Source of the DNA: Pristiophorus japonicus
Lineage: Eukaryota
Assembly (NCBI RefSeq): GCF_044704955.1
Contig: NC_091978.1
Location: forward strand, 146,196,001-146,260,000
Length of the DNA stretch: 64,000 nucleotides
Direction of reading: 5' to 3'
A model generated the notes under the pieces. The model saw only the letters and a program-made list of their open reading frames with translations. It had not been told where the DNA came from and did no database searches. A program made the position numbers and the translations under genes. Below, in pieces: positions 1 through 10,915 of the stretch. Every line of letters begins with the position of its first letter. Positions within the stretch are counted from its first letter, which is position 1.

Positions 1-123
1 GTCCAGTGGCAAGGATTAACCAAGATGACTGGAAACCAGCTCTGCTGCATGGACCTAGTGCGCACACATATTGCAGTGTGGGCTGGCCCGTGCTTCCCCT
101 GGGCCCTGGCCTCTTCTGGGCCT
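1..123 (-). mobile_element. Fragment of the RTE-tailed non-autonomous element (cut by window edge)
   Basis: Aligns by eye to 6411-6530 and 33820-33940 (caag..ttaaccaagatga...gacctagtgcgcacacatat...gtgtgggctggccc). Confidence 0.8.
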
Positions 124-1640
124 GAATATCCATGTGCACACACACACATTTTCCAGCAGAAGTCGTTATATAAAAATTGGGAACAGGAACCCTGGCTGAA
201 TTTTCACCCTTCTCAGGGGCACTGAGGCCAACTCCTCTTGTCGCAATGATGACACTTCCTAGTGTACTTTGTCTAAGTTGCCTTTTTCTAGTGGTAGTAG
301 AGTGTCACTTCTTCATAGGTCTTCAGACCCTCCCATGAAACCATCTCCTCCATGAATCCAATGGTGGTGAAAGAGACCAGCCACAGACTGGTAAAATGGT
401 GAGCAGTATTGGGAGGTCATTAAGGTGTTATTCTCCCCAGTCCCAACATGCATCATGCTACAACATAAAAGCGGCTTCAGATTATTTGCTTGGAAAGGTG
501 TAGGATTGGGAAAGATCATTTTTGGGGAAAAATGAAATGGAACTGAGTCCATTAAAGTATTGTGCCAACTCCTAGATTAGAGTATTAACATTTGAACTTT
601 ACTTTAATGGGTTGGAAGCATTTGTTGAAAATCTGTGTACAAATTTGCAATCAATTTATTTTCCTGCATGAAGCTATTTGTAATATAAACTGTGTCCTGT
701 GGATATGTCAGGCTTTAATTGAGATTAAAAGGGGTGCAGGCATTAGATAAGGGTTAGTATCCCCTGGGTTATTTGAAGAGAATGAGACAGGAAGCTCCTT
801 GTGGTCCATTTCTTTTCTTTTCCATTTCAATGTTTGTTGAAGAGACACTGTCATTTGCTTCATGCTGTTTGAGGATGAATAATAGCGTTTTACAGTTACT
901 GAACAAGGGTAGGTGCCCTGCTTGTAAAACATTGCTCCTGAGCCCTCAGCTTCCTCTTCATTGAGTTTGCTTCCTGCCTTATCCAGCTGGAAGCCTATAA
1001 TCAACTTTTGTTCAAATATATTTAACTTCAAAGAATTAAGATTTTACCATAATTGAGCAAAATTTAGAAAATGTAAAATTTATACACTGTAGTGTCTGGT
1101 TAACGAAGAATAAAGATGATCAGTGCTATGATTGTTGATGTAATCTAAAATAACTAAAACCAGTAACATTTGGTTGTTTAATTAGAAATGACAGAGATTT
1201 AATAAGATTTTTAGCTTATAGATATGGAATTAATTTCTTCATTGTTTTAAATTTTGAGTTGAAATTGTGTTGAAGATGAAGGGCAGCATTGCTGCAGAGT
1301 GGAACTCAATTTGTCAAGTTTAGTCACCTGGTGTCAACAGTAAGCACTCCCAGGTCAGTTTTACAGTGAGACAGAAGTAAAATGTGCCTTATTCTACCCA
1401 TCACAATTGCCAGTAATTTCGTCAGAGCTTCTCCCACTCTGCTGCCGTGTAAGCAGAGTTTCTGCCAAACATCCGCAGAAAATACGGCGGAGCAGGAGTA
1501 GGCCCGAGCAAATTCCCAGTAAATGTGTCTCAACTGCCAATATGAAAACAGCACCCTTTATTGCACTATTGTGAATTTTCCCACATACCACACCTCCATT
1601 TGTGATCTCTGTAAGCAAAATTGTCAGTTTAGCCTCCAAT

Positions 1641-2147
1641 TAACATTAGCGTCCTCGACCAGGCCAACATCCCCAGCAATGAAGCACTGACCACATTTGA
1701 TCAGCTTCACTGGGCAGACCACATTGTCCGCATGCCAAGACTCCCAAAGCAAGTGCTCTACTCGGAACTCCTTCACGGCAAACGAGCCAGAGGTGGGCAG
1801 AGGAAATGTTACAAGGACACCCTCAAAGCCTCCCTGATAAAGTGCAACATCCCCACCGACACCTGGGAGTCCCTGGCCAAAGACTGCCCTAAGTGGAGGA
1901 AGTGCATCCGGGAGGGCGCTGAGCACCTCGAGTCTCATCGCCGAGAGCATGCCGAAATCAAGCGCAGGCAGCGGAAAATGCGTGCGGCAAACCTGTCCCA
2001 CCCTCACTTACCCTCAACGACTATCTGTTCCACCTGTGACAGGGACTGAGGTTCTCGTATTAGACTGTTCAGCCACCTAAGGACTCATATTAAGAGTGGA
2101 AGAAAGTCTTCCTCAATTCCAAGGGACTGCCTATGATGATGATGATG
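1641..2147 (+). mobile_element. RTE-clade LINE, 5'-truncated 3' end
   Basis: ORF 1732-2049 RLPKQVLYSELLHGKRARGGQRKCYKDTLKASL...WESLA...KWRKCIREG is the typical RTE ORF2 C-terminus; ends in gggactgcct(atg)n tail. Confidence 0.9.
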
Positions 2148-2659
2148 TGTACTTTTGCATTAGGGACCGATACGCCCTGGGAATGATGTTGAGACTTGCC
2201 CAGAATCATCTCATACAGGACCCTTACAAATAACACAGATTTTAATTCCATATATTTGATTCTTCATTTCTTTTCAGCAGCATGTAGAGGAATAGGCAGG
2301 ATGGAAAGTCATCATAGGTGTTAAGCATTCGTGATTTACCTTCTACTGGGTTTTTTATCTGATCAAGGAGAAGCCAGAGGCTTATTCCCAAGCAAGAATA
2401 CCTTATTAGGAAAGCATTTGCTGGCTTAGGCACTGAACCCAGTTCTGGCAATGACTAGTGCTATATGTATATAAAAGGACAGATAATTGCAGAGTCTGGC
2501 ATTGCTCCTGGGTTCTATATCCATATCGAAGCTAACTGTCAGCTGTTTCACCTTGCTGCAGCTGCCAATATATCTCCCCTGGTGGCTCAATTGGCAGATG
2601 TGTTGTCTAGTATGGAACTGAGCCACACAGTGTCAGTCTTTGCTCCACAGTTGCAATCT

Positions 2660-3229
2660 CAGTTCTGAGTCAGAAGGTTGTGGGTTCAAGCCCCACTCCA
2701 GAGGTGTAAGCATGTAATCTAGGCTGACACTTTAGTGCAGTACTGCCCTCTCAGGTGCACGTAAAAGATGCCATGGAACAATTTTGCAGTAGCGCATGGG
2801 AGTTCTGCCCGTGTCCTGGCAACCAACCAACATCACTAAAAAAAACAGATATCTGGTCATAGCTGGTTGTAGGACCTTGCTGAAGGAATGCTACACTGTC
2901 GGAGTTGCGATTTTTTGGATGAGACATTAAACTGAGGGCCCTGTGGCCTCTCAGGTTGATGTAAAAGATCCTGCCCCCATATTCAAAAGAAGAGCAGAGG
3001 AGTCCTCCTGGTGTCCTGGCCAACAGTTATCCCTCAACCAACACCTAAAAAGATGATCTGGTCATTTATTCATTGTTGTTTGTGGGACCTTTTTTTCCGC
3101 AAATTGGCTGCTATGTTTCCTTAAAACACAACACAGTGATTACACACAAAAGTACTCCATTGCCTGTAAAGCATTTGTGATGTCCTTTCAATCCTGAAAA
3201 TTGCTATATAAATGTACGTTTTTTTCTTT
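2660..3229 (+). mobile_element. DeuSINE-like SINE (SacSINE1/AmnSINE1 type) with internally duplicated core
   Basis: tRNA-like B-box gtgggttcaagcccc; core ctctcaggt..gtaaaagatccc...gtgtcctggccaac present twice; tail gctatataaatg..tttttcttt; antisense match at 5327-5771. Confidence 0.7.
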
Positions 3230-3279
3230 ACTCTCTGGACTGAGATCATTAGTTGTGGGTGGGGAGGGAGATTGTCTAT

Positions 3280-3980
3280 ACTGCAACAACTTACAGGAGG
3301 ACATTAATAAACTTGTAGAATGAACATATAATCAGCAAATGAAGTTTAACACAGTTAGCAAGGCCATAAAAAAAGCAAACCAAGCACTAGGGTTTATTTC
3401 TGGAGGTATAGAAAAAAGTAGGGAAGTTATGGTAAACCTGTATCGAACCTTTGTTAGACCACAGTTAGAGTACTGCATACAGTTCTAGTCGCCATATTAT
3501 AAAAAGCATATAGAGGCACTGAAGAAAAGATTTACAAGGATGATACCAGAAATGCGAGGGTATACCTATCAGGAAAGGATGAACAGGCTGGGTTTCTTTT
3601 CTCTTGAAAAAAGAAGGCTGAGGGGTGACCTAATCGAGGTCTTTAATATTCTGAAAGGTTTTGATAGAGTAGATACAGAGAGAATGTTTCCACTTGTGTG
3701 GAAGAGCATAACTAAAGGCCATCAATATGAGATAGTCACCAAGAAATCCAATAAGGAATTCAGAAGAAAATTCTTTACCCAAAGATGAAAATGTCGAACT
3801 CGCTACCACAGGGAGTGGTTCAAACGAATGGGGATATAGATTAATTTAAAGGGAGGCTAGACAAGCATATGAGGGAGAAGGGAATAGAGGGTTATGCGGA
3901 TACATTTGGATGATGAAAGACGGGAGGAGGCTTCAGTGGAGCATTAACGCCAGCATGTACTGGTTGGGCCAAATAGCAGG
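3280..3980 (+). mobile_element. CR1 LINE 3' fragment (subfamily 'B')
   Basis: ORF 3540-3788 ...FSLEKRRLRGDLIEVFNILKGFDRVD...FFTQR; homologous to 23179-24832 and 44240-46935. Confidence 0.9.
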
Positions 3981-5326
3981 GGATACCACATTTGTGCATC
4001 GAGAGCCAGTGGAAGCACAGTAATTATGTCATGTTGGTTACTGAGCAGAGATTTGTACATCCAGCCGGCAGAAGTCATTCTTCTTTCTAGTGGTGTAACA
4101 AAAGTTTCAGTTGGTTTCCCTTGTAGAGCTTACGGCCGGTTCTGTCTGCCTTTGAAAACATAATCAGCAACAAATGATAATGTTTCAGAATTTTATTTCA
4201 GCTTTATTGACTCCTTTTTTAACATTTGTGTTCAGTCAGACTCAGAGAAAGTTTTCTTGTAAAAATGAATATCTGTTGTTAAACTTTGCGGGTAACTTCC
4301 TGGGTTCACGCCATCCGATAATGAATCTCATTCATAGATAGCACATAAGCACATATTGGAAAATGATTTGCAGCATTTCACATTCACAAAATATTGGAGG
4401 CGAGCTCAGTGAGTAACTGCTGTCAAATTGAGTGCAGACTTGGGCCCTACCCCCTCAATGCTGGGTCCTGCTAAAAATGCACCAGCCTCGACCTCGACCC
4501 TTTCCTTTCAGCACCACTCCTGGTGCTAATAGCATGAATGGAACAGATCTCAGCTGCTCTCTGCTGTAGGTGTTAATTTTTACAAGAACAGGAGTTCCTA
4601 CCGACAGTATACAGCCGCAGGGTTCCCTCCATTAGGACTGGAAGTGGTGTTCAGAGGAGAGGATGCCAGTCTGGTCTGGTGCATAAGAGGCAAGATTCAG
4701 TTCAGAGAAGTACTCGGATCAGTGAAGAGGGAACCAAAAAGGGAGAGAAGTGGCAGGGAAGGAGAAAATGAATGGAAAAGAAGAGCCAAAGGAAGGGAGG
4801 ACTGAAGGTGAAAGAGTAGGGGGAAGAAGCTGGGAGCAATGATGGGGTGTGGGGGGAACGAAATTGTCAGCATTAACTCGGATGGGGAAGGTGAGTGTGA
4901 GCATGTCTGGGTGGAGGAAGGAGAATATCAGCTTGAATGGAAGGGGAAAGTACTAGGTTGATTTGAGAGGGGAGAGAAAGAAGACTGTTTCTGTGAAAGG
5001 GTGAGTGGTTGGCTAGGATGGAGTGTCCCTGTGAACTGAGTCTGCATGGGGTAGAGTGATCCTATGAATTTGGGGAGTTGATATTGAAGAATCACTGTTG
5101 GGGTAACTTTTGGGGAAATGATGATTGGCCTATTGGAAATCCAAATGTTGCAGATTTTTAATCAATAAAAGGAGAAATAATCAACTGTGAAGTAGAAAAA
5201 TACTTAAAATAAATCAGAATGGATCATAGTTCATGTTAGAGTTCAAACTTTTTGAAGAATGAATTCTCCCAGATCATCCTATTTTGTCCCTTCAGTATTT
5301 GTATTTTCCCCTTCAGCTTTTTATGG

Positions 5327-5771
5327 AAAAAAGAAAGACTTGCATTTATATAGCACCTTTCATGACCACCGGTTGTCTCAAAGCGCTTTACAGCCAATGA
5401 AGTACTTTTGGAGTGTAGTCACTGTTATAATGTGGCAACCAATTTGCACACAGCAAACTCCCACAAACAGCAATGTGATAATGACCAGATCATCTGTTTT
5501 TGTATTGTTGATTGAGGGATAAATATTGGCCAGGACACCGAGGATAATTCCCCTTCAAAATAATGCCATGGGATCTTTTACCTGAGGGAGCAGACGGGAC
5601 TTCGGTTTAACATCTCACCTGAAATACAGTACCTCCGACAGGGCAGCACTCCCTCAGTACTGCACTGGTGTGTCAAGCTTCTACTTATATGTTCAAGTCT
5701 CTGGAGTGGGACTTGAACCCACAATCTTCTGACCCAGAGGCGAATGTGCTACCCACAGAGCCACAGTTGAC
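5327..5771 (-). mobile_element. DeuSINE-like SINE, near full length
   Basis: Reverse strand reads tRNA-like head (gtggctctgtgggtagc...gtgggttcaagtcccactccagag), core aaaagatcccatggcattatttt, tail gtgctatataaatgcaagtctttcttt. Confidence 0.8.
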
Positions 5772-6201
5772 TTATATGCTAACATGTTTCTTCCAACACG
5801 TGTGAAGAATGTTTGGCATATCTACAACTGAAGCTACATTTCCCCCCCACCCCATAACTATTTATTTTCACATCATTTATAAACAAGGTTGTTTTTGAAG
5901 CTGACAGCTTGTTGGGGCCTGTGTCAGATGTATTTAAAGTCATTAATCAGCATTTGTTCATTTTCTGGGTTGAAATGTACCTGGAGCTAATTACAAGCTT
6001 ACATGATAGATCAAGATGTGAAAGGCTATACACTCCATTGGTGCTTATCCACCTATTATATATTATAAATAGTAGGTAGGTCACATTCCATTTTAAAATT
6101 AATTGAAAACTCAATGTCCTACAGTGCTATGGAAAATCCCATTATAAAAGTGTCCGGCAATACATGTTACACCTGTCGCATTTTGATCAGATTTTTCAAT
6201 G

Positions 6202-6700
6202 TTCTTCTTCTTAGGCAGTCCCTCGAATTGAGGATGACTTGCTTCCACGCCAAAAAAGAGATGAGTTCACAGGTGTTACAATGAGGGACCTGATATTCCA
6301 GGTCCAGAACTAAATATTGAAGGGTGGAAGATGCCTGTGCGTGGATTTTTTTAACGTGAGGTGGCCATTGCACACCAGCCACCACACGGGCATGACAGAG
6401 CTTGGTCTTGGTCCAGTGTCAAGGGTTAACCAAGATGATTGGAGACTAGCTCTGCTGCACGAACCTAGTGCGCACACATATCACAGAGTGGGCTGGCCCA
6501 TGCTGCCCCTGAGCTGACACCTCTCCTGGGCCCCGATCACATCGCTCTTCAATCTCTCGCCACTCCTTCGCCCTGATCTCGCTGCTCATGCTGTACCTGC
6601 CCACGCTCCAATCACCGACCTGAGTTATGGTGACATCCAATCCAGTTGCCCTCTTCACTGCCGTCGCCCTCCTGCACCAGCTCGCGCTACTCCCTGTAGT
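6202..6700 (-). mobile_element. RTE-tailed non-autonomous retroelement (SINE-like)
   Basis: 3' end gtggaagcaagtcatcctcaattcgagggactgcct(aag)n is the same tail as the RTE fragments at 1641-2147 and 14534-14936; body is non-coding and recurs at 1-123, 10414-10592 and 33641-34440. Confidence 0.8.
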
Positions 6701-6840
6701 GGGGTGGATTTACCCATAGGTTCTCCTGCTCAGCCATCGTTATTCCCAGGAAAATGCCGCAAATGGAAATTCATCTCCCATGACTCCTTAGACTGGAAGC
6801 TTCTCTTCTGGATGTTCCACCAACCTGTCCAAATCTACCC
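6701..6840. mobile_element. Possible small MITE
   Basis: Ends ggggtggattt / aaatctaccc resemble the TIRs at 8121-8296; no TSD seen. Confidence 0.4.
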
Positions 6841-7039
6841 TAACACATTTCCCAGTTGGAGATAATTTACTATACACAGCAGGCTCCCAGCAGTATTCCC
6901 ACCAAGACTGAGCCCACAAGTGCGAAGAGCAGAATCCCACTGATACTGCAGTGGTGATACCACTATAACACTGGAAGGGGCAGGAGCACCATTTAAATAA
7001 CCGAAGAGCCCCAAAGACTGCATTTAGTATCTATTATCT

Positions 7040-7640
7040 TGTTTAGAAATCTACTTCACATGTTAATCTTTCTCGGTGTGAAGAACTGCTTCATATCAAT
7101 CTTAGGTTTGACCTTTGCTAGTTTGAACTTTGCAGACTTCTAATGTCACAGTTTAGTTTGTGTTACACTTTCCTTACTGTTTACTATGTAATATATGTCT
7201 ATAAGGTAACTTCCCAGATGCCTTCTTTCAAGGCTGAAAAGTGCAAGTTTCTCCATTAATCTTCAGAACTCAGACCTCAGACACTATGATCAGTCTCATG
7301 GCTCCTCTCTAAACTGGCTACAAAGTTTGAATATCTCCTCTGAATTGCAGTGATCAAAATTATACATAGTACTCAAGTGTGGTCTGACCAGAGTTTCAGC
7401 GTGAGCACAACTTCTTCTGACATGTACTTCACTGTTTGGGGTATATGGTTCAGCATTCTATTATCCTTGTTATTTATTGCTGAATAATGATAAGAAATGT
7501 TAAATGTCAAGTCTACTAATGTCCCTAGATGTCTTCATACCTCACTTTTGGCTATTTTGACACCAGTCGTGGAGTATGCATGATATCTGGTTTTTCCTTC
7601 CAGTGTACAATATTTGACACGTGTCCGTTTTAACTTGCAT
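7040..7640 (-). mobile_element. Highly decayed CR1-like LINE fragment
   Basis: Residual motifs catagtactcaagtgtggtctgaccag and ccttctttcaaggctgaa match the antisense CR1 3' region; no ORF. Confidence 0.5.
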
Positions 7641-8120
7641 GTTGTTATGAAAAGCTCTTGTGGGAACATATTCTGTTTCTCTGGGTCGTAACTAAAGTTA
7701 AAGGGGAAACTTGCTCTTGAAGAGTTTCAGTACTGTTTGTAGGTTTTAGTGCAGTCACAAGGCCAGGAACTAACTATTCTGAAAAACTGACCACATCCCT
7801 GCAGTGTCGCTCATTGGCGAAAATTTGTGTGGCAACAAATTTCGCATTTGTGTTAAGCACGCTTACTGCTGCAATTGAGTCACTTTGCTCTCCTGTTTAT
7901 TAATCTGGTAAACTTAGTAATGAAGGATGAAACATGGAGATTATATGGCTATTAAACTTTAATCTGAATATAATGCAGAGATATAGAAAGGGTGAGGCTT
8001 GTACAAGTCACTTTGGGGAATGTGGATGGATTATTCTGGAAAAGGTTTTGCCTATTTATAAACATCCATCTTTGTAGTTGAAATTCATTGCACAAAGATA
8101 CTTAGCAGAATCATTACAAT

Positions 8121-8296
8121 GAGGTGGATCTTAATTTTCACATAGGGTGGAAAACTGGCGGTAGACAGATCATCCCCCGGTTATACATCCCATCTGATTG
8201 ATATCAATGGAAAGGAAAATGGAGCCCGGTGAATAATGGGCGGCCAATCCGCTACTGCCAGATTTTCACCCAACGGTGAATGTTTAAATCTACCCC
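8121..8296. mobile_element. 176-bp palindromic MITE (PIF/Harbinger type)
   Basis: TIR gaggtggatc / aaatctacccc, internal inverted gggtggaaaactggcggtag / ctactgccagattttcaccc, flanked on both sides by AAT. Confidence 0.75.
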
Positions 8297-9739
8297 AATG
8301 TCTCAATAATTGACCCAGAAAGCCTAGTTTAAAAAGTTTATTTTGGATGGTTTAAAGTGGAACTTCTTGGCTTACACACGGGCTGAGTCTTTGCTGAAGT
8401 ATACTTTCATGGGCACAAGGCTCTCCCTTGTGCCTTGTCATGTGGGCATTCGCAATGTGAGAGCCTTGACAGTGTAGATTGGCAAACTATTTGACCATGT
8501 TGAGGGAAGAGCGTCTTGACAACCAAATCCCAAGCTGCCCTCATCTGACAGCTCCAGACCCACGTTTCCATGTTTCCAACATAAGATTGTTGCATAGCGA
8601 CCAGGAACCTGCACGTTGATTCCCTCGGCTCAGATGATCTTCTCCCAGGTTTAGGGTTATATACTACTCTTGAGCTGATCAGTTGCAAGCGAGCAGTTGT
8701 AGCCTGGACTGACCTTCCCGGCTGGTTTTCTCTGCCAGGCTGTGTGAATGTACCAAGCCTCCACTGCATCCCTCACCCTGACCGAGGCTGCATAACCCTC
8801 ATATGTAGATTTGTAGGAGGGTGATGTGCACAGTGTGTTTGGGACATGTTCTCAATACCACTTTAAATTCACCATGCAGCAGCTGCAAATGTTTGCAAAA
8901 TATTCGAGGGACGCAGCAAGGGGACTACAAGCTGTTCATTGAGATGCAGAAAGAACTGAATCATTTACTGCCTGCAGTTAACTGGCATAATTTCATATTT
9001 AATGAAGTGTACTAGTTTTGGGGACTGCATCCTAGTTATAATGAAATCCAATTTGTCGAAATAAAGGAGTGACAGAATGGATAGAAATTAGTTTCCAGTG
9101 CTTTATAGATAAATAGTGTTAGTGTCTCAATGTGAAACACGACTATTTTTATCGCGAAGCGCCCACGTCACCTACCAAGCTGATCAAACATCATCATCCA
9201 TATTTCAATCAATGGAATAATGTTGGGGCACTCCCTGTCAGGAATGTGCTGACAGTGAGGCTTGGCAGGTCTTTGTTGGATGAAAAGATTTATTGTGTTT
9301 GTTTGAAAAAAAATCCAATCAGAATATCTGTGAAAAAAGGGGTGAAATTAGTCTATGTTAGCAGTGCGTAATGGGCTCATAGTGATTCGGCAGTCCATGT
9401 TACATACAGCCTCATTTCCTTTTCCATTGGCCTCATTTTCTTTTCCATTAAACCAACTGCTGAACAGTTCTCACATTTTTAATGTTTTTGTACTTCCTGA
9501 ACTGGCTGTGGGGGTATCATGTAAATCTTACCAACATTTTCAACATCCCAGGCAAGCAGACAGCAGCAGATGTAGTGTTCACTTGACTGGAGCTTGCTAT
9601 TACAGCAATGTGCAAATACATAGCACTATGCTATACCAACTGCAACTCTTATCCGGAGGGATTTTCCTGAACGTCTTGTTAATCAGAGCATAATAGCAAC
9701 GATAAAAATTCAGTGCGATACTTTGCCAAGTAATGGTAC

Positions 9740-10125
9740 GTTAAACATCCACTCCCTCCACGATAGGTGCACTGTGGATCCACTGTGTTCTATCTGCAGG
9801 ATGCACTGCAGCAACTCTCCAAGGGTTGTTCAGCAGCACCTCCCAAACAGCCACCCTCCACCACTTAGAAGGGCAAGGGCAAAAGGTGCACGAGAACACC
9901 AAGTTCCCCTCCGTCACACACCATCCTGACTTGGACATATATTGTCGTTTCTTAATTGTCGCTGGGTCAAAATCCTGGAACTCCATACCTAACAGCATTG
10001 TGGGAGCACCTTCACCGCACGGACTGCAGCGTTTCCAGAAGAAGGCCAATCATCACCTTCTCCAGGGCAACTAGCAATGGACAATAAATGCCAGAATTTT
10101 CAGCAATGTCCACATACTGAGAATA
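9740..10125 (+). mobile_element. 3' end of an L2/CR1-group LINE (distinct from the CR1 families)
   Basis: ORF 9826-10074 ends ...SKSWNSIPNSIVGAPSPHGLQRFQKKANHHL (WNxLP ORF2 C-terminal motif); the tail is shared with 62525-62600. Confidence 0.7.
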
Positions 10126-10413
10126 TATATTTTTTAATATTATCCTAACAACAATGATCCTAATGCACATAGACATTCATAGCTAAAATCAATATGACCT
10201 AATTGTCAGTGTTCGAGTTTGAAATTGTATGTGCTTATTCAGATGGCATAGCTTTCACCTTAATATGTTAATTATGAATTTACTTTCGATGCACAGATAG
10301 GTTGGTACGGCTGTTGTCAGAGCTCAGCTGTGGGAGGAATAATTGACCAATGCTTGGATATGTTGAAGCTATCCTACCTGGTCATATTATATAGACCTAG
10401 ACCTGTCAAGCCC

Positions 10414-10592
10414 ATGTGGTGGCTGGTGTGCAATGGCCACCACATGTTAAAAAATTTCATGCACAGACATCTTCCACCCTTCAAGATTTAGTTCGAGACC
10501 AGGAATTTTATATCCTTTATTGGATCACCTGTGAACTTCTTGACATGGAAACAAGTTATCCTCAATTCAAGGGACTGCCTATGATGATGATT
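10414..10592 (+). mobile_element. 5'-truncated RTE-tailed non-autonomous element
   Basis: gtggtggctggtgtgcaatggccac...caagttatcctcaattcaagggactgcct(atg)n; matches the reverse of 6202-6385. Confidence 0.8.
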
Positions 10593-10915
10593 ATATATAA
10601 TTACAAATTTTTGTCTGGCACATGCTCAGAGGATGAAGTAAAAAGTCCAAAATGTCTGTATGGCGTGGGAAAGTCTCCAGGATGTTTGCATGGTGTGAAG
10701 AATTTGGATTGGCACAAACTTCCCTTTCACTAAAAGAATCAAAACCACCACTTTTTAAAAATTGTTCAAATAATGTATTTAAAGATTAACATTGAACAAC
10801 CTCAATTGGAACATAGCTCTGAAAAATGTAGCCCTGTTTGCCCTCCCATTCCTTTGCCCATTATAACTTGATTGGTAAACTTTTGACAAATACCTGCCTT
10901 GGCTGAATGTATCGA

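Noticed and set aside
4700-5110. Purine-rich G-tract region
   Set aside because: Low-complexity sequence with no clear period, ORF or boundaries.
5700-5771. tRNA gene candidates (also about 2670-2700 and 62860-62940)
   Set aside because: tRNA-derived SINE heads joined to SINE bodies; no complete cloverleaf evident.
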